This document shows positions 17,604 through 26,608 of a stretch of DNA of 64,000 bases, piece after piece. A model generated the notes under the pieces. The model was not told where the DNA came from and ran no database searches. It was given only the letters and a program-made list of their open reading frames with translations. Within the stretch, counting starts at the first letter, position 1; every line of letters begins with the position of its first letter. The stretch spans positions 14,004 through 78,003 of the forward strand of contig NZ_QFWH01000005.1 of NCBI RefSeq assembly GCF_003149375.1, read 5' to 3'. The translations under genes and the position numbers were made by a program. The DNA comes from Vampirovibrio chlorellavorus (GTDB lineage: Bacteria > Cyanobacteriota > Vampirovibrionia > Vampirovibrionales > Vampirovibrionaceae).

Positions 17604-17702
17604 ATGACTTGTCAGTGCTGTGGGGCCTATATCCCGGCTGGAAGCTATCACTGTGTACAGTGTGGCGCGCCCATCCTGCAACCGGAACCAGAGACCGGGT
17701 AA
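17604..17702 (+). CDS. 32-aa zinc-ribbon mini-protein (not in ORF track)
   Basis: ATG preceded by GGGAGG at -13..-8. Translation MTCQCCGAYIPAGSYHCVQCGAPILQPEPETG has two CxxC pairs spaced for a zinc ribbon. Confidence 0.3.
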   Translation: MTCQCCGAYIPAGSYHCVQCGAPILQPEPETG

Positions 17703-17815
17703 GCGCCTCTGAAATGTAAATCTGAGACGCAAAAAAGAACAGTGGCGCTCTTCAACAAGGCCACTGCTCTTCTTCATTAAAAAAACCAGACGCAATGAAA
17801 GGTTCAGGGGGGCAC

Positions 17816-18898
17816 TTACTCCGCGATGGATTTGCCAGCGGATTTCAAGTCCCGGAACGCCTCATCCAAACGGGCAATAACGCCCTCTTCCCCTGTGCGC
17901 AGCCACTTGCGGGGATCGTAGGCTTTCTTGTAAGGGGTATGGGTGTCCGGGTCAATCTGATACTGAAACGCTTTGGGGTTGGCCATCACGTACTTGCCCA
18001 CTTCATGGGCAAAGGCGAACTGCAAGTCGGTATCAATATTCATTTTGAACACCCCGTAGTTCAGGGTTTCCTCAATTTTGGCCTGTTCCGACCCGGAACC
18101 ACCGTGAAACACCAAGTTCAAAGGATTGGGCCCGGTTTTGTGCGTGGATTCCACCAGAGCCTGCGAATTTTTCAGGATTTCCGGGCGCAGTTTGACGTTG
18201 CCGGGTGCGTAAACCCCATGCACGTTCCCGAAAGAAGCGGCGATGGAGAAGAACCCGAGGGGCGACAAACGCTCGTAGGCTTGCAGCACATCTTGCGGCT
18301 GGGTGTAGAGGTTGGGATTATCCAAGTCGTCATGCTCAGAGCCAATGCCGTCCTCTTCGCCACCGGTAATGCCCAGTTCAATTTCGATGCTCATATCAAT
18401 GGCCGCCGCCCGCTTTAAAATCCGGGCGGATTCCGACAGGTTGAACTCCAGCGTCTCTTCGGACAAATCCAGCATGTGAGAGGTGAACAGGGGGCGTCCG
18501 GTTTGTTGATAGTGGGCTTCCCCGTGGGTTAGCAGGGCTTCCACCCAGGGAATCAGCTTTTTATTGGCGTGATCGGTATGCAGGACCACACAAACCCCGT
18601 AGTGTTGGGCCATCAGGTGAACATGCTGAGCCGCGGAGACCGCCCCCAGGACTTTGGCCTGAAAGGAGTCCGGGAAGCCTTTACCGGCGTAGAACTCCGC
18701 CCCGCCGTTGGACAGCTGGATGATGACATCGGATTTATTTTTCCGGGCCGCCTCCAGCACAGCGTTAATGCTGTTGGTTCCTACCACGTTGACGGCAGGC
18801 AGAATGTATTTTCCAGCCTTACAGGCCTCTACCAGGGTCTGATAATCCTTTCCGGAAACCACGCCCGGCTTTAGCTTGGCTTGAGTGGCAATGCTCAT
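17816..18898 (-). CDS. fba: fructose-bisphosphate aldolase, class II
   Basis: 360 aa. Class II FBA-type TIM-barrel sequence with conserved His/Asp-rich metal-site segments (LHTDH, FHGGSG). Confidence 0.85.
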   Translation of the reverse strand: MSIATQAKLKPGVVSGKDYQTLVEACKAGKYILPAVNVVGTNSINAVLEAARKNKSDVIIQLSNGGAEFYAGKGFPDSFQAKVLGAVSAAQHVHLMAQHYGVCVVLHTDHANKKLIPWVEALLTHGEAHYQQTGRPLFTSHMLDLSEETLEFNLSESARILKRAAAIDMSIEIELGITGGEEDGIGSEHDDLDNPNLYTQPQDVLQAYERLSPLGFFSIAASFGNVHGVYAPGNVKLRPEILKNSQALVESTHKTGPNPLNLVFHGGSGSEQAKIEETLNYGVFKMNIDTDLQFAFAHEVGKYVMANPKAFQYQIDPDTHTPYKKAYDPRKWLRTGEEGVIARLDEAFRDLKSAGKSIAE

Positions 18899-19104
18899 GT
18901 CAAAATCCTCTGATCAACATCATGACGGTCATTGGATTATTTTCTTACAAAAGCCGCCATTGTCACCCCGCCAAGTGTCGTAAATCCGGATTCTCACTGA
19001 CCAGTCCTCTTTCCGGCCAGTCCTCTCTCCCTCCTTCCGATCCGCGAACACCGCAGTCGGCCCGTCTCTTCACAGGCTCGTGCTCCAGAAGTAAAGGGGG
19101 GCGG

Positions 19105-19722
19105 CTAATTTTCCAGGCAAATGCGCATGCCGGTATCCTGATCGGTGATGGCCTCCGTGGCATACGGGCTGGCTGTTTTGTCCCCAAATCCTGCCTGCGT
19201 CGCCCGGGAGGTGGGTTGTGGGGTGGCCGGGGGCGTCTTTTTCATGCCGGAAAAGTATTTATGGAATTTCCCGTGGATGATTGAAAGCAAATCCTGAGCC
19301 TCGTGCAATCCGCCCTGCACGTAGGTTCCGGTCAATCGTTCCACGATGGTTAGCTGGATTTTTTGCGAGTAGACCTGGCATAAGTCCATAAACTCTCGCA
19401 CCACCCGGATCATATCGTTCACTTTCACGGCCAGAAAAAACTGATCCGAAGGCTCCAGAATCATTAAATAGTTCATCGCTTTGGACAGGTACGGGTCCAG
19501 ATCATAGTCACGGCGTCTGGCCCGGGACTTATACAGGGCCAAAGCCTTGTCCTTGCCCAGACTTTTTAGGTCGTTAATGCGAATGTGGGCATTGAAGTCA
19601 CTTTCAGCGATTGAACACATCCCCTTGGCCAGAATCGAGCGGATATCCCCGGAAAACCCGAATAGAGAAGTCACGGCCTCTTTGACCGTGGGGTTTTTCT
19701 CGTAAAAACGAACATGGGTCAT
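19105..19722 (-). CDS. hypothetical protein (paralog of the 796..1326 product)
   Basis: 205 aa. Colinear similarity to the 796..1326 product over about 110 aa (LKSLG...RRRDYDLDP...ILEPSDQ) with a divergent C-terminal tail. Confidence 0.55.
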   Translation of the reverse strand: MTHVRFYEKNPTVKEAVTSLFGFSGDIRSILAKGMCSIAESDFNAHIRINDLKSLGKDKALALYKSRARRRDYDLDPYLSKAMNYLMILEPSDQFFLAVKVNDMIRVVREFMDLCQVYSQKIQLTIVERLTGTYVQGGLHEAQDLLSIIHGKFHKYFSGMKKTPPATPQPTSRATQAGFGDKTASPYATEAITDQDTGMRICLEN

Positions 19723-19782
19723 CTTGCTCTAAGATTCCATCGTTCAGGGGAACACGACAATCAACGGTGTCAACAGCAAAAT

Positions 19783-19862
19783 CGGGTAGGAAAGTTCTGG
19801 TTAGGAAAGCTCTGACGATAGAGAAGTCTGACGGTAGAGACGTGCTAAATCGTAGGGAAGTA
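19783..19862. repeat. five tandem degenerate 15-16 bp direct repeats with (G/T)TAG(G/A)RAAG core
   Basis: GTAGGAAAGTTCTG / GTTAGGAAAGCTCTG / ACGATAGAGAAGTCTG / ACGGTAGAGACGTGC / ...CGTAGGGAAG, located in the promoter region of 19105..19722. Confidence 0.5.
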
Positions 19863-19963
19863 CTAATACAAATGGACCAGTCTTACTATTTCTAAACACC
19901 CGGTTCCCCATATCCAAAAATTATTGTGTTTTCCTCAAAACCCAATGCACGGCTCTGCTCGCC

Positions 19964-20752
19964 TTAAATCAGGCCTGCGCCCAGCAACAGGCCGTAAGCC
20001 ACCAGTAAAATGCCCACAACCGTCTGCATCCAGGACAAGGTCACTTTTTGCAGCCAGCGACTGCCCAGCCAGGTGCCCAAAAAAGCGCAAGCCATGGCCC
20101 AAAGCAGCAACTGCCACTGGGCTGGAGTCTGGAGCAGCGCCTGATGCCCCTGAGTCAGGGTAAACCCATACACCCCAATGCGGGCCACATCCACCAGAAC
20201 CGCGGCCAGCACTGTTGTCCCGATGAAAGCCTGCTTGTCCAGACCGAGTCGAATTAAAAAGGCCGAACGAAACGCCCCCTGATGGCCGGTCAAACCGCCA
20301 AAAAAACCGGACAACGCCCCACCCAGGGGAACCCACTGCCGGGACAGGGTCAACGCTCTGAATTTGGGGCTTAACTCCAGACTGGCAAAGACAATCATCA
20401 GCAAGCCGATGGTGAACCGAATCGGCGTTACCTGAAACCACTGCGCTTGCCAGAGGTATTGGAACAACGGGGGGAGCGCATTCAGGTACTGAAGCAGAAA
20501 AGCGCCTCCAAAGGCGGCCAGAACGGCAGGCACCGAGAACCTCAGCAACACCCCGGCATGGGCGTGTCTGGCAAACAACAGGGCCTTTAGCAGGTTGTTG
20601 GCCAAATGTACGATGGCCGTGGCGGCAATGGCGATGGGCGGATCAAAAAACACCAGAAACACCGGCAGCAGCAGGGTGCCCAGCCCAAAACCGGAAAACA
20701 GGGTGAGCAGGGAAATCAGCAGGGTTAAACCACCCACAATCAGGAAAGCCAA
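19964..20752 (-). CDS. TauE/SafE family sulfite-exporter-like membrane permease (DUF81)
   Basis: 262 aa, 8 TM helices in two 4-TM halves. Gly-rich motifs (LSGFFGGLTG) typical of the family. Confidence 0.65.
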   Translation of the reverse strand: MAFLIVGGLTLLISLLTLFSGFGLGTLLLPVFLVFFDPPIAIAATAIVHLANNLLKALLFARHAHAGVLLRFSVPAVLAAFGGAFLLQYLNALPPLFQYLWQAQWFQVTPIRFTIGLLMIVFASLELSPKFRALTLSRQWVPLGGALSGFFGGLTGHQGAFRSAFLIRLGLDKQAFIGTTVLAAVLVDVARIGVYGFTLTQGHQALLQTPAQWQLLLWAMACAFLGTWLGSRWLQKVTLSWMQTVVGILLVAYGLLLGAGLI

Positions 20753-20958
20753 TGGAAAACACCTCCCCTTGATGATGATGAACGCCTACTGTAATACAAA
20801 CCCCATCACCCTTGCACGGGCAGCCAAGATCCGCCTGAAAATGCAAAAGGAAATCGATGCCGCTTTGACCGCATGATAAACATTGCCTGTTCTGGCAATA
20901 GGCGCGCCCTGTATCAACCGATATAATTCCAGATTGGGATGATTAAGGGTTCATTGTT

Positions 20959-21159
20959 ATGGAAATTCGTCACACACGCTGTCCGAACTGCGGGAAACTG
21001 TCTGTGGTCACGCAGGACATTGAGGTCCTGTGTGATTCCGCGCTGCTGGTAAAACTGGAGAACCGCATTCAGCGTTGCTGCCAGCAATGCGGCTGGATGG
21101 ACTTTCTGGACATTGACCTCGATAATCCCCCGTCCGCTGCCTCCACCACCCACCGATAA
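20959..21159 (+). CDS. small zinc-ribbon protein, hypothetical
   Basis: 66 aa with CPNCG ... CCQQCG Cys pairs. Confidence 0.35.
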   Translation: MEIRHTRCPNCGKLSVVTQDIEVLCDSALLVKLENRIQRCCQQCGWMDFLDIDLDNPPSAASTTHR

Positions 21160-21211
21160 CGATCGCTCCCCAGTTCGGGCAGTAAATCCCACCACAAAAA
21201 GGGAGATGGCT

Positions 21212-21430
21212 ATGGAACCGGAATCCGCTCACCTGATTTTACCCGCCAACCTGTATCGGCAATTCAGCCGTTTGAAAACCATGGGCCAGTTTCAAAGCGA
21301 TGCGGACGTGTTGCAAGCCAGCCTGACCGCGCTGGAGCAGCAGTGGGCACACCACCGCCTGGAAAGGGCTCACGGCAGAACCCCCTACATGTCCCGCCCT
21401 CCCATGAGTATTGAGGACTATGACACCTGA
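21212..21430 (+). CDS. small ribbon-helix-helix-like (ParD/CopG-type) protein, hypothetical
   Basis: ATG at 21212 lies 6 nt after GGGAG. 72 aa; the AHLILPANLYRQF beta-strand then helices (LQASLTALEQQW) resemble RHH antitoxin folds. The track ORF extends further upstream. Confidence 0.3.
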   Translation: MEPESAHLILPANLYRQFSRLKTMGQFQSDADVLQASLTALEQQWAHHRLERAHGRTPYMSRPPMSIEDYDT

Positions 21431-23397
21431 GCGGGCCAATCCACGATGCCATCGTCCGCCGGGTCCGCCGGGTCCGCCGGGGCGTCATTCCCTCGGGCTC
21501 TGGACAGGCACAGTTCGGATGCCTGACGGACTGTGGGCAAAATCTGTTCCTCCAGAAAGCTGGCCGCCGACTGGCAAAAGGTTTTAATCACCTTCTGGGC
21601 CTTCAAGGGGCCATCCGGTAGCGTTAAAGTTTCCTGAAACTGCTCCCGATACGCTCGCATTTCATGAATCAGCAAATAGGCGGCAAAGGGGGCTTCCGAA
21701 AATCGGGTGTAAATGGCCTGATTCACCCCCAGGGTCAGGTTGGCCAGCTTCCGCAAATCGGATTGATTGCGGCCCGCCAATCGTCCCTGCTCTTTTAAAA
21801 AGCGGATGTGACCGATCAGTTCCACCTGCAAATCCTGAATCGCTTTGTTCAGGGACTTGGCCCGACCCTGTTGCGCTTCCGCCGTCCATGCCGGTGGCTG
21901 GGACAGGGCGTGGGGCTGCTTCCAGCAGGGCCACTGACCCACCCAGCGCTGTAAGTCCAGCAGCGGGAAGCCTTCGATATGCGCGCCGCCCAGGGAGGCG
22001 TTCCACAGTTGCGCAGGTCGTTCGCTTTTGGCGTTCAAGGCGGCCATCTCTTCCAGATGAATCAAGAAACTCTGGTAGGACTGCAAGGTGGGCAGTGGCT
22101 TGCCATCCTGCCCCGGCACGGTGGTCAGGTCGTAAGGGGCGGTGTACAAGCTCTCGGAGGCTTCCAGATCCAGCTGCCCCTTCTCGTTCAGGCGCATAGC
22201 GACGCCACCGGCGTACACCTGATTGTGAGGAAAGGCCAGATCCTGCCCGACCAGCGCAATGGGATTACAGCCCATCCGTTGGGCCATCTGGAAGCCAATG
22301 ATCGACACGGTACCCCCGCCGCCCAAACGGCAATGCTTGCGCTGCAAGGCCTCATCCAGAAAATCCACAAACTGCATGTTATTTTGAGCCAGCATCAACA
22401 GCTTGCCCCGGCTGGGCATGTCAAACACAGCGGGCTGGGTAAAGGGGCTCATAACAAAGGTGATCTGCTCCAGGTAGGCGTCTGGCAAGCCATGCACCTG
22501 CTCCTTCATGCCGTTGGCGTCGTAAAACAAGGCGAAATCCGGGGTAATGCCGTGATCGTGTAAACGATGCAAAGCCCCGCCTACGGCAATCAGCACCACG
22601 GCATCAGCCAAAGCCCGAACCCAGGGTAGGGCCGCATCCAGAGACGGCCCCCGGGATATGACCAGGGCGGGCTTGTCTGTAAAAGAATCCACCAAGTCAT
22701 CCAGAGTGGGCATGGCGGCAAAATTCGGGGCGTTGCCAAAGAATTGCTGAATCCATTTCTGGTGGAAGTGCTGGCCCGTTTTAAAGTCCTGCACCCGAAA
22801 CAGTTCCATGCGGGTAATCTGCTCCATCAGCGGCTGAATTTCCTGAGCCAATAAAGCGGCACTTCCCCGCAGGGTTAAAATATCCAGCTTGTATTGACTG
22901 TAAAGTTTTTTACGCAAGTACAGCAAAAAGTCCTGCTGATCGCAGAACAGGGCCACCCGGGGCAGCGACAGCAAATGGGCCAGATCCACGTTTTCCAGTA
23001 CAAAGCGCAGCAAGGCCGCATCCGGCTCATACACCACCATCTGACCGGGGCTTTTTTCACTCAGGGCCTCCAGCAGGTACCCCAACCCCAGACCCAGCAC
23101 CACATGCACCCGATCCGCCACCAGGGTGGCCTGTTGGGCAATGACCGCCTCCGCCTCACTCAGTGGGCCCTGAGGATCATGCAAGGCCACCCCCCGGTAC
23201 AACAGGGTGTAGCCGCCATCCGGACAGGGGTTCAGCTCAAACTCGGTGATGGGCGATACGGCCCGCAACTGGTCCACCGTCGCCGCATGCTGGGCATGGG
23301 TGGATAACAAGGCCTGACAATTGGATTCAAAATACATAGGGGCCACCCTCGTTGCTGGCTGTGGGCACTGCTTCAGTTTAGCGTCCCAAACCGGCAA
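21418..23397 (-). CDS. DUF115 / MptE-like (Maf, motility-accessory-factor family) putative glycosyltransferase
   Basis: Central segment ALVISRGPSLD ... GGGGTVSIIGFQMA ... ALVGQDLAF matches the conserved Maf/DUF115 core. 659 aa with additional N- and C-terminal helical regions. Confidence 0.55.
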   Translation of the reverse strand: MPVWDAKLKQCPQPATRVAPMYFESNCQALLSTHAQHAATVDQLRAVSPITEFELNPCPDGGYTLLYRGVALHDPQGPLSEAEAVIAQQATLVADRVHVVLGLGLGYLLEALSEKSPGQMVVYEPDAALLRFVLENVDLAHLLSLPRVALFCDQQDFLLYLRKKLYSQYKLDILTLRGSAALLAQEIQPLMEQITRMELFRVQDFKTGQHFHQKWIQQFFGNAPNFAAMPTLDDLVDSFTDKPALVISRGPSLDAALPWVRALADAVVLIAVGGALHRLHDHGITPDFALFYDANGMKEQVHGLPDAYLEQITFVMSPFTQPAVFDMPSRGKLLMLAQNNMQFVDFLDEALQRKHCRLGGGGTVSIIGFQMAQRMGCNPIALVGQDLAFPHNQVYAGGVAMRLNEKGQLDLEASESLYTAPYDLTTVPGQDGKPLPTLQSYQSFLIHLEEMAALNAKSERPAQLWNASLGGAHIEGFPLLDLQRWVGQWPCWKQPHALSQPPAWTAEAQQGRAKSLNKAIQDLQVELIGHIRFLKEQGRLAGRNQSDLRKLANLTLGVNQAIYTRFSEAPFAAYLLIHEMRAYREQFQETLTLPDGPLKAQKVIKTFCQSAASFLEEQILPTVRQASELCLSRARGNDAPADPADPADDGIVDWPAQVS

Positions 23398-23441
23398 GGG
23401 CCTCCCTCAGGCAAAGGACTCCCCCGAACGCCCAAGGACGA

Positions 23442-24101
23442 TCAGCGCATGGCCTTGCGCTCGCCAAACCCGGGGGAGGTTTCCGGCAAGCCTTTATACC
23501 CCGGACTGGAGCGCACGAAGGCTTCCAGCGTTCCCGCCTTTAACTCTTTTTCCAGCCGGTTTTCCCGATCCACCAGGGGATGCGTGCCTTCGGCCAGTTG
23601 GGCCAGCGCCGGATTTTTGGCTTTCAGGGCCATCCATACAGTGGCCTCAAATCGCCAGCTTTCCACCTCTTCGCTCAGGGAATTTTCGGCGTCATCGTGC
23701 AAGGCCTCGTGGGCAATCAGGGCGGCCAAGGCCTCCGGCGGCGCCTGACGGTGTTTTTCATTCACAAAAATCACCTGATCCCCCTGATTGCTCATCCAGC
23801 TCAGGGCGTCATAATTCTTCAGGCTTTTGTTCAGCAGACGCATGTCCTTAAACACTACCCGCACCGGTTTGCTGACGATCTGGCGCAGCGACGGTTCCGC
23901 TGGCCCTTCGGTCATCAGCTGAAAGGCCTTTAAAATGCTGTCCTCCCGGGTGCAGTGCAGTAGGGCGGTTAAGCTGTAGCGGGTCTGGGAAAAGGCGGGA
24001 GCCAGGCCATCGGACACCGCCAGACTCAAGAAGATGAGGAGTGAGCAGGCCACCTGTATGCGGGACAAGGGTGACACGGAAAAAACAGGCGCGGTTGGCA
24101 T
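23442..24101 (-). CDS. hypothetical secreted protein
   Basis: N-terminal signal-like segment ACSLLIFLSLAVSDGLAPAFS, then an acidic/helical domain. No recognised family. Confidence 0.35.
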   Translation of the reverse strand: MPTAPVFSVSPLSRIQVACSLLIFLSLAVSDGLAPAFSQTRYSLTALLHCTREDSILKAFQLMTEGPAEPSLRQIVSKPVRVVFKDMRLLNKSLKNYDALSWMSNQGDQVIFVNEKHRQAPPEALAALIAHEALHDDAENSLSEEVESWRFEATVWMALKAKNPALAQLAEGTHPLVDRENRLEKELKAGTLEAFVRSSPGYKGLPETSPGFGERKAMR

Positions 24102-24268
24102 GGCAGTCTAAGCCCCCAATTGGGTGAACGCTACTTTAAAGTGTGCGCAAAATATTGCGATTCTCTATGGAATCGGCGATTTCAGAAAATCTTGAATCCC
24201 ATTTCAAAAAGATCGGGCAGGTGACGGAACCCCCTCCGCTTGGGGTGGCCTGTCTGGCATTTCACTTT

Positions 24269-25492
24269 TCAGAACAGGTACAACCAGCGTAGTACCAGCC
24301 ATCCTCGCAGTCGGGACTGGAAAAACTGAAAAAATCGGGGTTGATGTCCGGTGTAATAGCGCTCCACCAGCCGAATGGCCGTCGCCACACCCGAGGGTGT
24401 GGTTGCTTCCGCATGTTGCAGCACGGCCAGAGACCGGGCGTACCAGCGCGCCAGCCCAATCGCTACCCCCGCCATGGCCACCAGCGCTTGCGCCGAGCCT
24501 CCCGAGGCCAGTAAGCGATTCCGGGTGAGGAGGTTGTAGACAAAGGCTTTCAGCAGGCGCTCGCCCTCAGGCGACCAGCGAACCCGGCCCATATCCTTCA
24601 GGGGCAAGGGCTCTCCAAACAGGCGGGGATCATGGTACAGTTCCCCGCTGAGCAGTTGAAACAGGCTGAAACTTTGATAGGGCTTGCGTAAAAAGTACAC
24701 TAGTAGCGTCTGTTGCCGACCCGCCCAACCCCATGGCATACGGGTGGAAGTCGGTCGCCCGGTATTCGATCGCTGAGCGGTTAAGCTGGCCTGCACCCGT
24801 GACAGGGCTTGATCCGCCGTGCAGTCCTCCGACTGAAACCAGTCCTTCCACTCGGCCCGCAGCCTCTGTAGCGATTCCCAATCCGTTTGCCGAAACAGGG
24901 TTTGCCACACCCGGGCGGGCATGGTTTGCACATCGGCCAGCCATTCTTCCGGCGTACGGTCCAATCTGCATTCCGACTGGCCTTCTGGCAGAGAGGGAGC
25001 CGCAAGGCTTGTGTGTGCCGGCCCTGAAGCCTGCTCCGGTGCCTGCCTCTGTGTCTCAACCGGTGTCTGCCCTCGAGTCTGATCCACTGGCCGGGGCTGA
25101 ATGGGCCGGAAGGCCAGCAGCAATTTTTCCGAAACCGACTTGCAAGCCGCCGAGGTATCGTGAATGGTGGCGCCATTGGGGGCCTTGACCGTGGCAAAGG
25201 GGAAGCGCTGGCACTCATGCGGCTTCAGCGCCAGTCCTTCATGGACTTCCACCAGACAACGTCGATCCGCGCCTAAAAATACGCACACGTTCTCATCGGT
25301 GAGCGGAATGCGGTACATGCTTTCGGACTGGCGCTGTAATTGGCGTCCAGTTTCCTGCAGCCTTTCCTGTACCCAGGGCTTTTGCAGCAAGGCTTCCGCT
25401 TTTTCCGCCTCAATGGGGATGTTCCAGCTACTGCAACACTCCCCGCACAGCTGACACTGAAAATAAACGGCCTGATTTGAGTCCTGATTCAT
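24269..25492 (-). CDS. YkgJ/UPF0153-type Cys-cluster (putative Fe-S/Zn-binding) domain protein with long uncharacterised C-terminal region
   Basis: N-terminal YFQCQLCGECCSSW ... CVFL ... RCLVEVHEGLALKPHECQRFPF matches the CxxCxxCC...C YkgJ pattern. Pro/Gln/Thr-rich linker, then a unique roughly 230 aa domain. Confidence 0.5.
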   Translation of the reverse strand: MNQDSNQAVYFQCQLCGECCSSWNIPIEAEKAEALLQKPWVQERLQETGRQLQRQSESMYRIPLTDENVCVFLGADRRCLVEVHEGLALKPHECQRFPFATVKAPNGATIHDTSAACKSVSEKLLLAFRPIQPRPVDQTRGQTPVETQRQAPEQASGPAHTSLAAPSLPEGQSECRLDRTPEEWLADVQTMPARVWQTLFRQTDWESLQRLRAEWKDWFQSEDCTADQALSRVQASLTAQRSNTGRPTSTRMPWGWAGRQQTLLVYFLRKPYQSFSLFQLLSGELYHDPRLFGEPLPLKDMGRVRWSPEGERLLKAFVYNLLTRNRLLASGGSAQALVAMAGVAIGLARWYARSLAVLQHAEATTPSGVATAIRLVERYYTGHQPRFFQFFQSRLRGWLVLRWLYLF

Positions 25493-25506
25493 ATTCCCTT
25501 ATGATA

Positions 25507-25663
25507 CTAGAAGGTGAGCATCCCTTCCCGACCCGTTTCTAAAACTGCGTGCAGCTCAGACAAACCAATGGAGTTGCTCCTGGCAAAGATGCATCGCGTC
25601 AAGTTGAACTCGCTGTACTCGGACAGTTACAAACGTATCGGGAAGGGATGCTCACCTCCTAGA
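25507..25663 (+). repeat. copy B of the structured intergenic repeat
   Basis: Outer inverted repeat CTAGAAGGTGAGCATCCCTTCCCGACCCG ... CGTATCGGGAAGGGATGCTCACCTCCTAG. Core CGTTTCTAAAACTGCGTGCAGCTCAGACAAAC ... TGGCAAAGATGCA ... TTGAACTCGCTGTACTCGGACAGTTACAAACG. Confidence 0.75.
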
Positions 25664-25693
25664 GTTATGTAACCCCAAGGCTGGAAATGACCC

Positions 25694-26476
25694 ATGTGCC
25701 CGCTGTTATTTGAATTATCTGGTATCAAAATCTATGCCTACGGAGTATTGGTGGCCTTGGCCTTTTTGGTGGGGTTCGCTTTCATCGCCCAAAGGGCCAA
25801 ACAGGCCGGGGATCGGGTGGATGATTATACGGAAGCCCTCATCTGGTTTATTATCGCTGGTATTGGCGGGGCCAGACTGTTTTATTTCATCTGGTTTCCA
25901 GCCCAGTTTTTCAGCGATCCGCTGGGCTCCATCCTCAGTAAGGGGGGATTAGTTTGGTATGGCGGTGTCATTGGGGCTTTTTTAGCCATGGCCATTTACA
26001 CCCGCCTGAGAAAAATCCCCCTGTTGCGCTTTGCCGATATTGTAGCCCCGGCGGCCGCTTTGGGTTTGGCCATCGGACGGATCGGCTGCCTGCTGGCGGG
26101 CTGCTGTTATGGAGCCCCGTGCGACTTGCCCTTGGCCATCCATTACCCCTTGCAACACGAAACCCACGGCTTGGCCGTGCATCCGGCCCCGCTGTACGAA
26201 ACAGTGCTGATGGTGCTGGTCACCTTCGTTTTGATCAAGCTGGATCGTAAAAAACCGTTTGAGGGTTTTACCACCTGGTGGTTCTTTATTCTGGCGGGCA
26301 TAGTGCGTTTTGCGCTGGAGTTTGTGCGAGGCGATCAACTGGTGTGGAGTCAGGAATTACACATTAGCGCCTCTCAGTGGGTGAGTCTGGGGGGCATCGC
26401 CCTAGGCGCTTTCATGCTGGCCTATCTCTCCCGAAAAAAGCAATCCTCTGCCAAACAGCCCCCCGCCTTGGTTTAA
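25694..26476 (+). CDS. lgt: prolipoprotein diacylglyceryl transferase
   Basis: 260 aa polytopic protein with Lgt signature regions (YGVLVALAFLVGF..., GGARLFYF, WYGGVIGA, GRIGCLLAGCCYG). Confidence 0.85.
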   Translation: MCPLLFELSGIKIYAYGVLVALAFLVGFAFIAQRAKQAGDRVDDYTEALIWFIIAGIGGARLFYFIWFPAQFFSDPLGSILSKGGLVWYGGVIGAFLAMAIYTRLRKIPLLRFADIVAPAAALGLAIGRIGCLLAGCCYGAPCDLPLAIHYPLQHETHGLAVHPAPLYETVLMVLVTFVLIKLDRKKPFEGFTTWWFFILAGIVRFALEFVRGDQLVWSQELHISASQWVSLGGIALGAFMLAYLSRKKQSSAKQPPALV

Positions 26477-26608
26477 GATTGATTCCAATGTTATAAAGCG
26501 GCAGGATCATTGCTGGCCCTTCTGTTTGCCATTCGCACGTAGGTGGGAATGACAAATAGCCAATGGGATGACTTTGCATTTTTTTGATGTCGGCCCATGA
26601 AAATCTCT

